Of a stretch of DNA of 64,000 nucleotides, positions 9,779 to 21,200 are shown one piece after another. Position numbers and translations under genes: made by a program. The notes below the pieces were generated by a model, which had not been told where the DNA came from, did not search any database, and worked only from the letters and a program-made list of their open reading frames with translations. The DNA comes from Thermoplasmatota archaeon (GTDB lineage Archaea > Thermoplasmatota > Penumbrarchaeia > Penumbrarchaeales > Penumbrarchaeaceae): assembly GCA_965234725.1 (NCBI GenBank), contig CBDDUX010000003.1, forward strand, positions 1-64,000, written 5' to 3'. The stretch's first letter is position 1. Each line of letters opens with the position of its first letter.

Positions 9779-10879
9779 ATGAAAATTTGTATAATTTCTA
9801 ATACACATTTATTTATAAAAGTAGGAGGAGCTGAACTTCAGACCTATTTGATTTCAAATTTTTTAAGAACGAAAGGATATGAAGTATATTATATATTTAA
9901 TTCTAATATTAATCAAAAATTTCCGGATGATGGTATTATTTATTTTAAAATTAAAAATTATGAAGGAAATCAATATAATTTTTTGAATTATTTTAAATTA
10001 AAAAGAATTTTAAAAAATATTTCACCTGATATTGTATTTCAAAGATCTGTTAATTCTTACAGTGGTTTTCTTTCTTTTTTAAAAAACAAATTAAATTATA
10101 TTTATATTATAAGTTTATCATCTGACATAAATAGTATTAAACATAATAAATATAAGAATAATAAAGTAAAAACTTTAATAAATATTCCAAATAATATTTT
10201 AAGTAATTATGGTTTATTAAAAGCAGATGAAATTATTGTACAATCAAAATATCAAAAAGAAAATATATTAAAAATTTTTCATAGAAATAGTTCTATAATA
10301 TACAATGGATTATCAATTGAAAAAAATGAAAAATCTGATAAATCAGATTTTACTATTTTGTGGGTAGGAAATATTAAACCTCTTAAGCAACCAGAAATAT
10401 TTATTAGGATAGCGAATTATTTTAAAAATTATCAAATTAAATTTATAATGATTGGTGAATTAAAAGAAGACAAATACAGTAATCACATAAGAATATTATT
10501 AAAAAATAGTAATGTAGAATTTTTAGGAAAAAAATCTTTAAAAGAGACTAATAAATATTTTAAAAAATCATCAATATATATTAATACAAGTAAATATGAA
10601 GGTTTTCCAAATACTTATATACAATCTTGGTTAAATGAAGCAATTGTTATTTCATTGAATGTCGATCCTGATAATATTTTAGAAAAAAATCATATAGGTT
10701 TTAAAATTAATAATGAGATAGAAATAAAATATTTAATACTAAAATTATATCAAAATCAAAATATTTTAAATAAAATTGGAAAAAGAGCTTATAAATACGC
10801 TGAAAGCAATCACAATATAAATAAAAATCTTAATAAATTAGTAGAAATAATTGAAAAGTATTCAGAGGAATCTTATTGA
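9779..10879 (+). CDS. Glycosyltransferase family 4
   Basis: GGAELQ, WVGNIKPLKQPE, EGFPNTYIQSW; start taken at MKICII. Confidence 0.88.
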   Translation: MKICIISNTHLFIKVGGAELQTYLISNFLRTKGYEVYYIFNSNINQKFPDDGIIYFKIKNYEGNQYNFLNYFKLKRILKNISPDIVFQRSVNSYSGFLSFLKNKLNYIYIISLSSDINSIKHNKYKNNKVKTLINIPNNILSNYGLLKADEIIVQSKYQKENILKIFHRNSSIIYNGLSIEKNEKSDKSDFTILWVGNIKPLKQPEIFIRIANYFKNYQIKFIMIGELKEDKYSNHIRILLKNSNVEFLGKKSLKETNKYFKKSSIYINTSKYEGFPNTYIQSWLNEAIVISLNVDPDNILEKNHIGFKINNEIEIKYLILKLYQNQNILNKIGKRAYKYAESNHNINKNLNKLVEIIEKYSEESY

Positions 10880-12138
10880 AATTAGATAAATATATCACTC
10901 CTATAAAAAATACGATATTTTTATCTGTAGGTAATGTTTTAAGTACAATAATAACTTTTATAGGTTTTATATATATTGCAAAGATTTTAGGTCCAGAAGA
11001 TTATGGTATTTACACAACAGTTGGAAATTTTGTAGGAATTTTTACGTTTTTTAGTTTGACGGGATTACATAGAGTAATCATTAGAGATGGTTGCGTTCCT
11101 AATACAAAATTGAGAAAAATTTATTCTAATGTTGCTAAATTAAAAATTTTATTATTATTATTTTCAGTATTTATTTGTATTTCATCATTATTATTATTTA
11201 ATTATGAAAATTATATTAAGTTTTTTATTGTAATTTATAGTTTTCAAATTATAACAAGTGGATTAAAAGATTTTTATAAAACCATATTTATAATTAAAGA
11301 ACAAATGCATTATATATCAATTTTATTAATAATTAAAAATGTTTTTAGAGTATCAGTAAGTATTATTTTCTTGTTATTAGGGTATGGAATATTAAGTATT
11401 TTAATTATTAATATTATTTCAGATATTATACCTTTAATTATTGAATTAATATATACTCGAAAATTTGTAGAGTTTAATTATTTTAGTAAAATTAATATAG
11501 ATATAAGTAGAATTAAAAGTACTATAATATTTTCTACTGTAAGTTTAATGATTGGATTAAATACTAAGATTGATATTTTAATGATAGGTTTAATGGGTAA
11601 TCAATATGAAGTTGGTATATATGCAATACCCTATTTCATCACCCACACTTTATTAATGTTTAGAAACACAATGTCCACCGCATTTTTTCCGTTAGTTGTA
11701 AGATCTTCATTTAAAAGATTAAATAGAAATAAAATTATAAAGTTTTCTTTTGTTCTTTTTTTTATTTTATTAATATTTTCATTAATAATATCTTTAATAT
11801 CTAATATAATTATAGAATTAATATTAAGCGATGAATATTTAGAATCTGGGAGAATATTATCGGTATTAATATTTTATATATCTTTATCATATTTTACATT
11901 ACCTTATACAAACTATCTCTCGGCAATTTACAAAGAACATATTACACTTTTTATTACATCAATTACAGCTTTTTTAAATATATTTTTAAATTATATTTTT
12001 TATCAATATTTTAATTTAATAGGAATAGCCTATTCAACATTATTAGTAAGATTAATATCAGCTATCTTAATATTTTTCTTTTTCATAAAATACATAAATA
12101 AAAATTTAAAACTGAATAATATTATAGAAAGTTCATAA
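10876..12138 (+). CDS. Wzx-like oligosaccharide flippase (MOP superfamily)
   Basis: Polytopic membrane protein; ILGPEDYG, KIDILMI, VGIYA motifs. Confidence 0.88.
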   Translation: MKLDKYITPIKNTIFLSVGNVLSTIITFIGFIYIAKILGPEDYGIYTTVGNFVGIFTFFSLTGLHRVIIRDGCVPNTKLRKIYSNVAKLKILLLLFSVFICISSLLLFNYENYIKFFIVIYSFQIITSGLKDFYKTIFIIKEQMHYISILLIIKNVFRVSVSIIFLLLGYGILSILIINIISDIIPLIIELIYTRKFVEFNYFSKINIDISRIKSTIIFSTVSLMIGLNTKIDILMIGLMGNQYEVGIYAIPYFITHTLLMFRNTMSTAFFPLVVRSSFKRLNRNKIIKFSFVLFFILLIFSLIISLISNIIIELILSDEYLESGRILSVLIFYISLSYFTLPYTNYLSAIYKEHITLFITSITAFLNIFLNYIFYQYFNLIGIAYSTLLVRLISAILIFFFFIKYINKNLKLNNIIESS

Positions 12139-12172
12139 ATAAAAAAGAAGAAAATGCATATATGATAAGAGA

Positions 12173-13846
12173 TTGATTATTATGAAAATAAAAAATAAAT
12201 ATTGTTTATTATTAGAAATATTATTAACTATTTTTATAATAATTGTAATATTGTTGAATGGTAATTTGGAAAATTCTTCTGAAATATCGTTAATGGAAAA
12301 TATTCCTATAATATATTGGATTTTAATATCTTTAAATATTCTTATTATTATATATAATACAATTAATTCTAATAATAAATATATTATAATATTCAACACA
12401 TTACTGTTCTTTTTTACTTTATTTTCTTTTATTTTATTTTTTAAAATATCCATTACTCAATCTGATATACATTTTATAAGTAATTTCATATCATTTTTAT
12501 CTAATACTAATTACATCAAAATTTCTGATATAACTTATTATGAGTATCCCATATTTTTTATATATACTTATATATTTTCAAATGTTTTGGGAATTTATTC
12601 ATATAACATAATAAATATTAATCTAATAATATTAATTATTATATTACCATTATCATTATATTTAATGAATAATAATATCAAAGTATACTTTATTAACAGT
12701 ACAATATTTATACTCTTTTCCTTCTTCTTTTTAAATACTCAATTTGTCCCACAATTTTTAGGATTGATTTTCTTATTTTATACTTTTAGTACATTTTCAT
12801 ATTATATTAAAACTAAAAATATAAAAATTTTAGTATTAATATACGTATTTTTTATTTTTTGCATATATACTCACCCCTTTATTTTTATTTTCTTCATATT
12901 AAGTTTAATAATAATAAAAGTATTAAAATATTATAATATGCTTGTTAGAAATAATAAATTCAAGATATTCTTAAATATTTCTGAACTGAAAAACTATAAA
13001 TTTTCCATGTTTCCATTAATAATGATTTATCTCATTTCATTATATTTTCGGTTTAAACATATTCATTATCATCTTAGTCAATCTTATAAATATTCCACAG
13101 AAAAAGGTGAAACTTGGAAAGTTTTGAAAAATTTAACTGGTAATTCAGCAACAATAGAAAAATTGAATTATAGTACATATCCTTTATATAATTTGGTAAG
13201 TAATAATTTTCATTTTGTTATAAGAAATATAAATATATTATTACTATTATTATTAATATTACTAATAATTTTCAGTATATTTAAGACAAATAAAAAACAT
13301 AGAAAAGTATTTGATTTTTCTATTTTTATAAGTACTTTATTATTTTTCGTTTTAGGATTTTATTCTCCTTTCATATTAGGGCAAAGGTCTTTACAAATAA
13401 GTTTTTTACAAATTCCTAAATATTTAAGAAATATTTTAAAGAATAAAAAATTTGTAATATTAATTTCTATGTTGGTTATATTATCAATTAATACTTTCAT
13501 AATAAATTCAATTTTAACATCTAATTTAGTTGGTAATCCATTTCTCGAAGATAAATATACTTTAAATTCTTCAATATTTATTGAAGAAAATATAAATATA
13601 AATGAAACTGTGATAATTTCTAATGAATATTACTATCCTACCGATACAGAAAATGGTTCCAATCTTTACATTACTCCTTTGACCATAGTAAGTGACGTAA
13701 ATATTGATATAAATAATTATACAATTATTTTGTATTCAGAAAAATTAAATAATAATTTAAATTATTATAATATTAACTTAGATATTTTTGAAAATACCTC
13801 AATAGTATATGATATATCAAAATCTAAAATATATATAAATTATTGA
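12173..13846 (+). CDS. Polytopic membrane protein of glycan locus (possible polymerase/ligase or GT-C-like)
   Basis: Many hydrophobic segments; YYEYPIFF, FVPQFLG, YTHPF motifs; context next to flippase. Confidence 0.55.
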   Translation: MIIMKIKNKYCLLLEILLTIFIIIVILLNGNLENSSEISLMENIPIIYWILISLNILIIIYNTINSNNKYIIIFNTLLFFFTLFSFILFFKISITQSDIHFISNFISFLSNTNYIKISDITYYEYPIFFIYTYIFSNVLGIYSYNIININLIILIIILPLSLYLMNNNIKVYFINSTIFILFSFFFLNTQFVPQFLGLIFLFYTFSTFSYYIKTKNIKILVLIYVFFIFCIYTHPFIFIFFILSLIIIKVLKYYNMLVRNNKFKIFLNISELKNYKFSMFPLIMIYLISLYFRFKHIHYHLSQSYKYSTEKGETWKVLKNLTGNSATIEKLNYSTYPLYNLVSNNFHFVIRNINILLLLLLILLIIFSIFKTNKKHRKVFDFSIFISTLLFFVLGFYSPFILGQRSLQISFLQIPKYLRNILKNKKFVILISMLVILSINTFIINSILTSNLVGNPFLEDKYTLNSSIFIEENININETVIISNEYYYPTDTENGSNLYITPLTIVSDVNIDINNYTIILYSEKLNNNLNYYNINLDIFENTSIVYDISKSKIYINY

Positions 13847-13862
13847 CAAAATAAGTGATAAA

Positions 13863-15026
13863 ATGTATAATAAATATGAAATCATTTTTTTAGATTTATA
13901 TGATTGGATAAAAAACCAAGAGTATAAAGGTTGGGATCCTTATGATGGTATAAATAATAATTTTTTAACAAATAATAATCATATCTTAGATGAATTAAAA
14001 ATATTATTAATACAATTTAATAAATATTCTCTTATAAATTTTAGAAAATTTCTTAAAATTAAAAAAGAAAAGGATATTAAAGGAACATCTTTAATATTAC
14101 AATCTTTAAATATTTATAATAATATTTTTAAAAAATCATTGAAAACAGATCATTTAATAAAATATTTGTTAGATTCTAGTTTATATTCCAATTACAATTA
14201 TCATTGTTGGTCTTCACATAAGTATAAATATATAGGTGTTGATAAAAGTATATTGACTCCTAATATTCCAGATATAATTGGTACATCTAATGTTTTAAAG
14301 TCTCTTTCATTTTATAAAAATAGGAACAAAAAAGAAATTTCCTCTATATACAACTATTATTTAAATAATATTGGAATATTCAAAAATAACTATTATTATA
14401 AGTATACACCATTAAACAAAAATAAAATTATAATTAATGCTTCAGCAGAAGCATTATCTTCATTATCAAATAGTTTAAAATTCGTAAATAATGATAGATT
14501 GTTAGAGAATAATCAAGAAATAGTAAAAACGATATTAAAATATCAAAATAAAGATGGTTCATGGCCTTATTCTATTTATCAAAAAAAAGTATATAACCAA
14601 TTTGATTTTCATCAAGGATATATTATATCAGGTCTTTTAGATTATTATAATTTTGTTGATAGCAATAAAATTAGGAAAAAGATAAATCATGCCTTAAAAA
14701 GTGGTATAAAATTTTATTTAAAAATGTTAGATAATAAAGGAAGATTTTATTATAGATATCCAAAATTTTATCCAATAGATATTCACAATCAAAGTCAAGG
14801 AATAATTACCTTTACAAAATTATATAATCATTATGATAAATTTATTTATAAAGAAAAAGCTATTAAAATAGCTAATTGGACTATTAATAATATGTATGAT
14901 AAAAATAAATACTTTTATCATCAAAAATTTAGATTTTTTACAAATAAAATTCCTTATATAAGATGGGGAGAATCATGGATGTTGTTATCTCTATCATATT
15001 TATTTTTTTTGTCAGGTGAGAAATAA
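13863..15026 (+). CDS. Conserved polysaccharide-locus protein, probable (alpha/alpha)-barrel
   Basis: GWDPYDG, QNKDGSWPY, DFHQGY, YPIDIHNQSQGI, IPYIRW. Confidence 0.65.
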   Translation: MYNKYEIIFLDLYDWIKNQEYKGWDPYDGINNNFLTNNNHILDELKILLIQFNKYSLINFRKFLKIKKEKDIKGTSLILQSLNIYNNIFKKSLKTDHLIKYLLDSSLYSNYNYHCWSSHKYKYIGVDKSILTPNIPDIIGTSNVLKSLSFYKNRNKKEISSIYNYYLNNIGIFKNNYYYKYTPLNKNKIIINASAEALSSLSNSLKFVNNDRLLENNQEIVKTILKYQNKDGSWPYSIYQKKVYNQFDFHQGYIISGLLDYYNFVDSNKIRKKINHALKSGIKFYLKMLDNKGRFYYRYPKFYPIDIHNQSQGIITFTKLYNHYDKFIYKEKAIKIANWTINNMYDKNKYFYHQKFRFFTNKIPYIRWGESWMLLSLSYLFFLSGEK

Positions 15027-16093
15027 TGGAAGAAATACCTATAATAATAGAAGATGATTGGGAATTAAAAGGAAATGGCCTGGGCAATGTAGCATCACAC
15101 CAATATTTACCATCTCTTTTCTTTATGAAAATGGCGAAAAAATATAATTTTAATATTTCATTCATGGTAGATGTAGCTCAACAATTGGAATTTCTAAAAA
15201 TAAAAAAAAAAAATATTGATATTCAAACTCAATTATGGAAAAGTATTGTAGAATTGATGAAAATAAATGGTTTTGATGTACAATTACATATTCATCCTCA
15301 ATGGATAAATTCTTCATATATAGAAAATTATTTTCATTTGACAAATAATTGGAACATAGCATTAATAAAGAATAAAAATATCATCAACAATTCTATAAAA
15401 TATTTAAAGGATATAATAAAACCTATTGATATAAATTATAAAATACATTCTTTCAAAGCTGGAGGTTGGGCCATTCAACCTTTTAATAATATTGTAAAAA
15501 ATTTAATAAATAATGATATAAAAATAATTATAGGACCGAGAAAAAATATGAAAAATGATCTGATGAACATAAATTACAAAAATATGCAGGAAGATATTTA
15601 TCCTTATTATCCTGATTATAATGATATTAATAGAATATCCTCAACACAAAAAAATATCTTTGTAATTCCGTTATCTCATATTAAAATTAATTTTTTAGAA
15701 TTATTATATTCTAATCCTATTAATAGTTATATTAATAAAAAACATCAGTTAGAAACATATTTTAAAATACCTTCATATATAAAAAAATTGAAACAGAACA
15801 AAGGGGAAACAATAATAAATAATATTTTTAGAAAAGTTGACACTCATATGAAAATAGGAAATCAACATTATAAATATTTACTAAAAACATTTAATATTAC
15901 TTTAAATAAATATAAAAAATTGGACAAGATAGCTCCAATTATATTTGAAACTCATACAAAAGATTTTATTTATAATTATAAAAATATTGATAAATTCTTT
16001 AATAAAATTACAAAAAATAAAAATATATATTTTATTACATTAACAGAGTTTTATAAAAATAGAAATAAATATTACATAAGGAATAATAATTAA
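15026..16093 (+). CDS. Polysaccharide deacetylase-like protein
   Basis: DDWEL, DVQLHIHPQW, FKAGGW, HTK motifs. Confidence 0.7.
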   Translation: MEEIPIIIEDDWELKGNGLGNVASHQYLPSLFFMKMAKKYNFNISFMVDVAQQLEFLKIKKKNIDIQTQLWKSIVELMKINGFDVQLHIHPQWINSSYIENYFHLTNNWNIALIKNKNIINNSIKYLKDIIKPIDINYKIHSFKAGGWAIQPFNNIVKNLINNDIKIIIGPRKNMKNDLMNINYKNMQEDIYPYYPDYNDINRISSTQKNIFVIPLSHIKINFLELLYSNPINSYINKKHQLETYFKIPSYIKKLKQNKGETIINNIFRKVDTHMKIGNQHYKYLLKTFNITLNKYKKLDKIAPIIFETHTKDFIYNYKNIDKFFNKITKNKNIYFITLTEFYKNRNKYYIRNNN

Positions 16094-16123
16094 GAAATAT
16101 TTTCATTCATAAAAAATATTTAT

Positions 16124-17014
16124 TTAATATTTATTAAAAATATTAGAATTCTGGGATTTATTTTGAAGAAGCGAATTCATTTCATCTATAAGCCCCTTAT
16201 CAAGATTTTCTTTCCATTTAAAATTATAATTTTTTACTTTAGATAAATCTAATGTTTTAAAATATTTTTTATCAAATCCAATGAACTCAGAAATACTATT
16301 AATATAATAGTGAGGATCTTCTGAAAAGTCTTCATAGGTAAATTCTAAAAAGTTATTATTTGTTAGAAGTCCATTTACTTTTTTTTGTTTTTCCACCTCT
16401 TCTAAATGGTATATCCAACTTTTAAAAGAAAATTTGACAATTTCTTCAAATGGATAATAATAACCTCTTCTCAAAAATTGTTGTTTATTTTCTTCAATCT
16501 TTTTCATCTGTTTTTTTCCCCATGAATATGCTACTGCTCTTCCATCTCGAATTATATGAATAATCTTCCCGTCAGGAAAGATTCTGAGAATATCTGGTAT
16601 TCGTAAAGTATTCATAGGACTTTTATTCAGAAAGAAATCAGTTTTAGAGATAGATTGAAAACATCCAAAGACTCCCTTCAACTCAATTTCTAATTGATAA
16701 TCAAAATATTCTCTCCAGACTTTAATATATTTATCAGTATCATACCATATGGGTGGTCGATCTAGATTTGTTGAATACCATGGGTAACCTTTTGGGTCCC
16801 AAATATCATTTGCTTCAGAATAGTTGCATATATCTCTATGTTCTTCTAAAATGTTAGTTAACATTGATGTACCGCTTCTACCACATCCAATAATAAAAAA
16901 TGGATTTTTCAGGAAGCTCATATATTTCTCTGGGTCTTTCCTTCCTAATCTTTTAGCAAATTCTTTTTTTCCTAATCGTAAACTTCCTTCCATTTTATCC
17001 TTAATTGTTGACAA
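16124..17014 (-). CDS. Sulfotransferase
   Basis: IIGCGRSGTSML (5'-PSB), NKSP, HIIRDGRAVAYS (3'-PB), YEDF. Confidence 0.9.
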   Translation of the reverse strand: MSTIKDKMEGSLRLGKKEFAKRLGRKDPEKYMSFLKNPFFIIGCGRSGTSMLTNILEEHRDICNYSEANDIWDPKGYPWYSTNLDRPPIWYDTDKYIKVWREYFDYQLEIELKGVFGCFQSISKTDFFLNKSPMNTLRIPDILRIFPDGKIIHIIRDGRAVAYSWGKKQMKKIEENKQQFLRRGYYYPFEEIVKFSFKSWIYHLEEVEKQKKVNGLLTNNNFLEFTYEDFSEDPHYYINSISEFIGFDKKYFKTLDLSKVKNYNFKWKENLDKGLIDEMNSLLQNKSQNSNIFNKY

Positions 17015-17175
17015 AAATATTCCATCCTGTTTTTTTTTTTATTCGTTTAGTAGTTATTAACTAATTTCATCAACATATTAATAAGTTGTGTTTGACAATC
17101 TTCATTTTTTTTAAATTATTTGATGATATTTAAAGTTTTAAATAAACATTAAATTTTAATAATGAAGGTGGATAA

Positions 17176-18042
17176 ATGGATTTTATATTTATTATAGGAG
17201 TAGCAAGAACAGGATCAAAGATATATAGAAACATTATCAATGATAATACAGATATTGATATTATTAATGAAATCCTTTTATTTCAACCTTTTCTTATTAA
17301 AGATGTGGATTATTATATAAATAAAATATGTAAAAGAAATAAAAATAATGTCAATAATTTAATTGATATAATGTACTCAGGAAATATACTTAGAGGAACT
17401 TTTTGGAAAAATAAGAAAAATAATAGAATATTTGAAATAGATAAGGAAATTCTAAGAAAAAAGATTAGTCAAAGAGAAATATCTACTCAAAATATATTTG
17501 AAAATATATTGATAGAACATGCAAAAGTTAAAAAAAAATCAAGAGGTGGAGCTAAATTCCCTGTAAATATAAAATATTTTAACAATTTATTTTCATGGTT
17601 TCCAAAAGCTTATTATTTACATATAATTAGGGATCCTCGGGCAATTTATTATTCAATGGTAAAAGGTGATTTAAAGAAAAATAAAAGAATATTAAAAACT
17701 TTTATTTATATATTTAGGTTAGTTTACTTAATAGACCAATATAAAGCAGCTCATAAATTACATATAAAAAATATGAATAAATGTAAATATTTATTAATAA
17801 AATTTGAAGATATGGTAAATAACCCAGAACAAAAATTATTAACATTATGTAACTTCATAGATGTAGAATATACAGAAAATATGTTATATCCTAAAATGCA
17901 GAATTCTTCATTTAACATAGAGAAATCCTCAGGAATAAATAAAAAAACTTTAACAAATTGGAGAGAAGGTTCAAATAAATATATAATAAAAATTATAGAA
18001 ATTTTATTGTATAAAGAGATGAAGTATTTCAATTATTTATAA
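17176..18042 (+). CDS. Sulfotransferase
   Basis: IIGVARTGSK, AKFP, HIIRDPRAIYYS, KFEDMV. Confidence 0.88.
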   Translation: MDFIFIIGVARTGSKIYRNIINDNTDIDIINEILLFQPFLIKDVDYYINKICKRNKNNVNNLIDIMYSGNILRGTFWKNKKNNRIFEIDKEILRKKISQREISTQNIFENILIEHAKVKKKSRGGAKFPVNIKYFNNLFSWFPKAYYLHIIRDPRAIYYSMVKGDLKKNKRILKTFIYIFRLVYLIDQYKAAHKLHIKNMNKCKYLLIKFEDMVNNPEQKLLTLCNFIDVEYTENMLYPKMQNSSFNIEKSSGINKKTLTNWREGSNKYIIKIIEILLYKEMKYFNYL

Positions 18043-18242
18043 AAATAAATTTTATATATTTATAGATTATTCAAATGTTACTTATAATTTTTAGACAATT
18101 ATAAAATAATAAATGCTTTTTTGAAAAGCCATGTGTATCATTTTGAAGAGACTAATTATTATATGAAAGTTAATTCATCTTGGATAAACCCTGGGATACC
18201 CCAAAAAACATATTCATATAGATATTTTTAATCGTTCTATCA

Positions 18243-21200
18243 ATGTCCCCATATACAAGAAGAAGATTAATATTATGTAAAATATGTGCATTTATAATAG
18301 TTATATTCTTTTTATCAGATATTCTTGTTAAAAGAGAAGCTATTGAAGTAAACAACTCAATTTTGATTGAATATGAAAATTTTTCTTTTAATGATGTTAT
18401 ATCAAAAGATAACTATTTAAACACTTATTATCTTGATTCTCAAAAAGGAAATGATAATAATAATGGAACAAGCCCCAATTTTCCCTGGAAAACTATCACA
18501 AAGGTTTCTTCAAAAATATTCTATCCTGGTGATAGAATTCTTTTTAAAAGAGGATTAATGTGGAATTGCTCTAATCCATACGATTGGCTCAGAATTAGAG
18601 GAAACGGTAATATAACTCATCCAATAATAATATCTGCTTATGGAGAAGGACATCGTCCTATTATAAACGGGAAATGGATAGGTAAAAATGGTATTAATAT
18701 AGATGGTCAATATATTAATGTAGAACATTTTGAAGTTAAAAATGCTAATGGACACGGAATAGCTATTAATCCACCAGATGGAGCAAGATATAATGATGTT
18801 TATGATTGTATAGTTCATGACTGTAATGGAACTTTAATAGTTGTATGTGAGACTGGTGGGAATAATGTAAGTATTCGAAATTGTCATGTGTATGGAAAAG
18901 GTAATACTGGAATAAGTCTACAGGGTTCTCCTTCACCGATTACCAACACATTAATTGAAAATTGTACGGCAAACAATCTTTCTCATGGTGATGGCATCAA
19001 TATTCATCGTAACATGAAATTAAATGAAGTTGGTAATTATCATATTATAAGAAACAATACATGTTATAATAATGATGAAGAAGGAATTGATTTAAATTCC
19101 GGGACATTTATTATTATCGAAAAAAATCAATGTTATGGAAACACAATGGGTTCTATTGTTTGTGGTATAGGTAGTTCTAATATAATAATTCGAAATAATT
19201 ATTTTCATGATGATAATATTGCAGGACTCAAAACTGGTATAATGATTCAATTGAATAGACCAAATATATTATTTCATAATAATTTAGTTGTAGGGTTTGA
19301 AAATACACGTCATATAATTGGGTTGATGGATTATAATGATTGGAAGGAACCTGAAAACGTTAGAATATCCCATAACACAATAATATCCTTAAAGAGTGAT
19401 TATTCATATCATTCAATATTTCGTCTTTGGGATGAATATGATGGATTGGGAAATATTACAATAGATAATAATATAATTATTGGATCAAGTAAAGTAAATA
19501 ATTATATATCATTTGTTTACTGTAGTGCTGCAGATGAAAGATTCGTTTTACACAACAACTATTATTTTGGAATTGATAAAGAACCAATCTTTTCTTCCAA
19601 TGATAAAAATTCCTTCAATTTCAGTTATTTACAAACTATATTCAAACAAGAAAAATATGGTAAAGTAATCAATCCAAATTTATATGATATTTCAAATCTG
19701 AATTATTCCTTAGAATCTTGTTCACCAGCCATAGATAATGGTCATAATGAATCGGGATTATTATCTGGAGAAGATTTTTTTGAAAATCCAATCTATGGCC
19801 AACCTGATAAAGGGGCGATTGAGTATCAACCTAAATACCAAATAGGAAAGGATCCTATTGATATTACATCTGGAATCAGAATATATTTAGATGGAAAATA
19901 TCGATACGCTTCCCCGGTCATGAGCGGAACAAAAGCTAATCTTTCCCTGGAACCAATCTCGGGATGGCCGAACTTTAAAAAGACAGAGAAAAGGGACCAA
20001 TGGATGGATATTAAAATCAATACATGGAACTTATCAAGTGTTTTCAAAATTAAATGGACAGAATCGAATTATCTGAACTCTGGTGAAAGGGCATACATTA
20101 TTGGAAACTTAATAAGTGAGAATTATTACTATATAAATATAAACAATTTTAATCATTTTTTGATAAGAGCAGATAAAAGTGGAAGTATAAAATTCAATCT
20201 TTCAAATTCAAACGGAAAGAATATAATTGAGATAAATGAATACAATATAGGAGTAGAATACAGCTCTGATTGTGATTTTCAACTTCCTGTTACTGGTGAA
20301 CCTTATACATTGAGGACCTTTATTAAAAACGAAAACGTATTGAAGAACGTCAAAGTGAACTACTGGTTTGATAACGATATCACAAGAAGCAATGTTCAAT
20401 TGGGAGAGAATTTACAATATTTTAAGAACGATACATGGGAATGTACAATTGATATTCCAATAAATGCCACCTATCTCGAATATTATTATACATCTCTTGA
20501 TGTAAATGATTTAGAACAAAGGTCTCATGTGTTCCATTCTAATATCATAGATAATTTGAAACCAGAGATTATAGATAATTCACCTAAAGAGGCATTTGCG
20601 GGTTCTATCTTCGATTTCGATTTCCAAATAACGGATAACATTGGTTTAAGCAAGGTGGTCTTAGAATACTGGTTTGATGGAGATAATCATATAAACAATT
20701 CACTTATCGGAAATAAGATATTCAATTTTAAGATAATAATTCCGAATATAATTAACAATAATCTGTTTTATATTATTCATGCATACGACATATTCGGTAA
20801 TCACAATTACACAAATATCATTACTTTGCATATCATTGATACAATGGTGGAATTGGTCATCGATCATTCCCCATCATTTAGTTATACTGGAGATGAATTT
20901 TTATTTGATATTCAGATAAAGGAATTTGACAAGATCAATCAATCTTACATAATATACTGGTATGAAAATAGTATTAAAAAGCAAATTGTACCACTTATTG
21001 AATCTTTAAATTTTGAGAAAATAGACATTTCATATTATTACATAGGAAATTTATATTATCAATTGATTTTACTTGATTATAATGGAACATATAGGAATTC
21101 AACCATTAAAGAAATTAAAATTTCAGATAATGATCCACCTGTCATCAATTGGATAGATTATCCAAAGGAGGCAAGGTGTGGAGAGGATATTATAATTTTT

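Noticed and set aside
18193-18204. GGGATACCCCAA resembling the MITE right end
   Set aside because: Short match only; no left TIR or TSD found.
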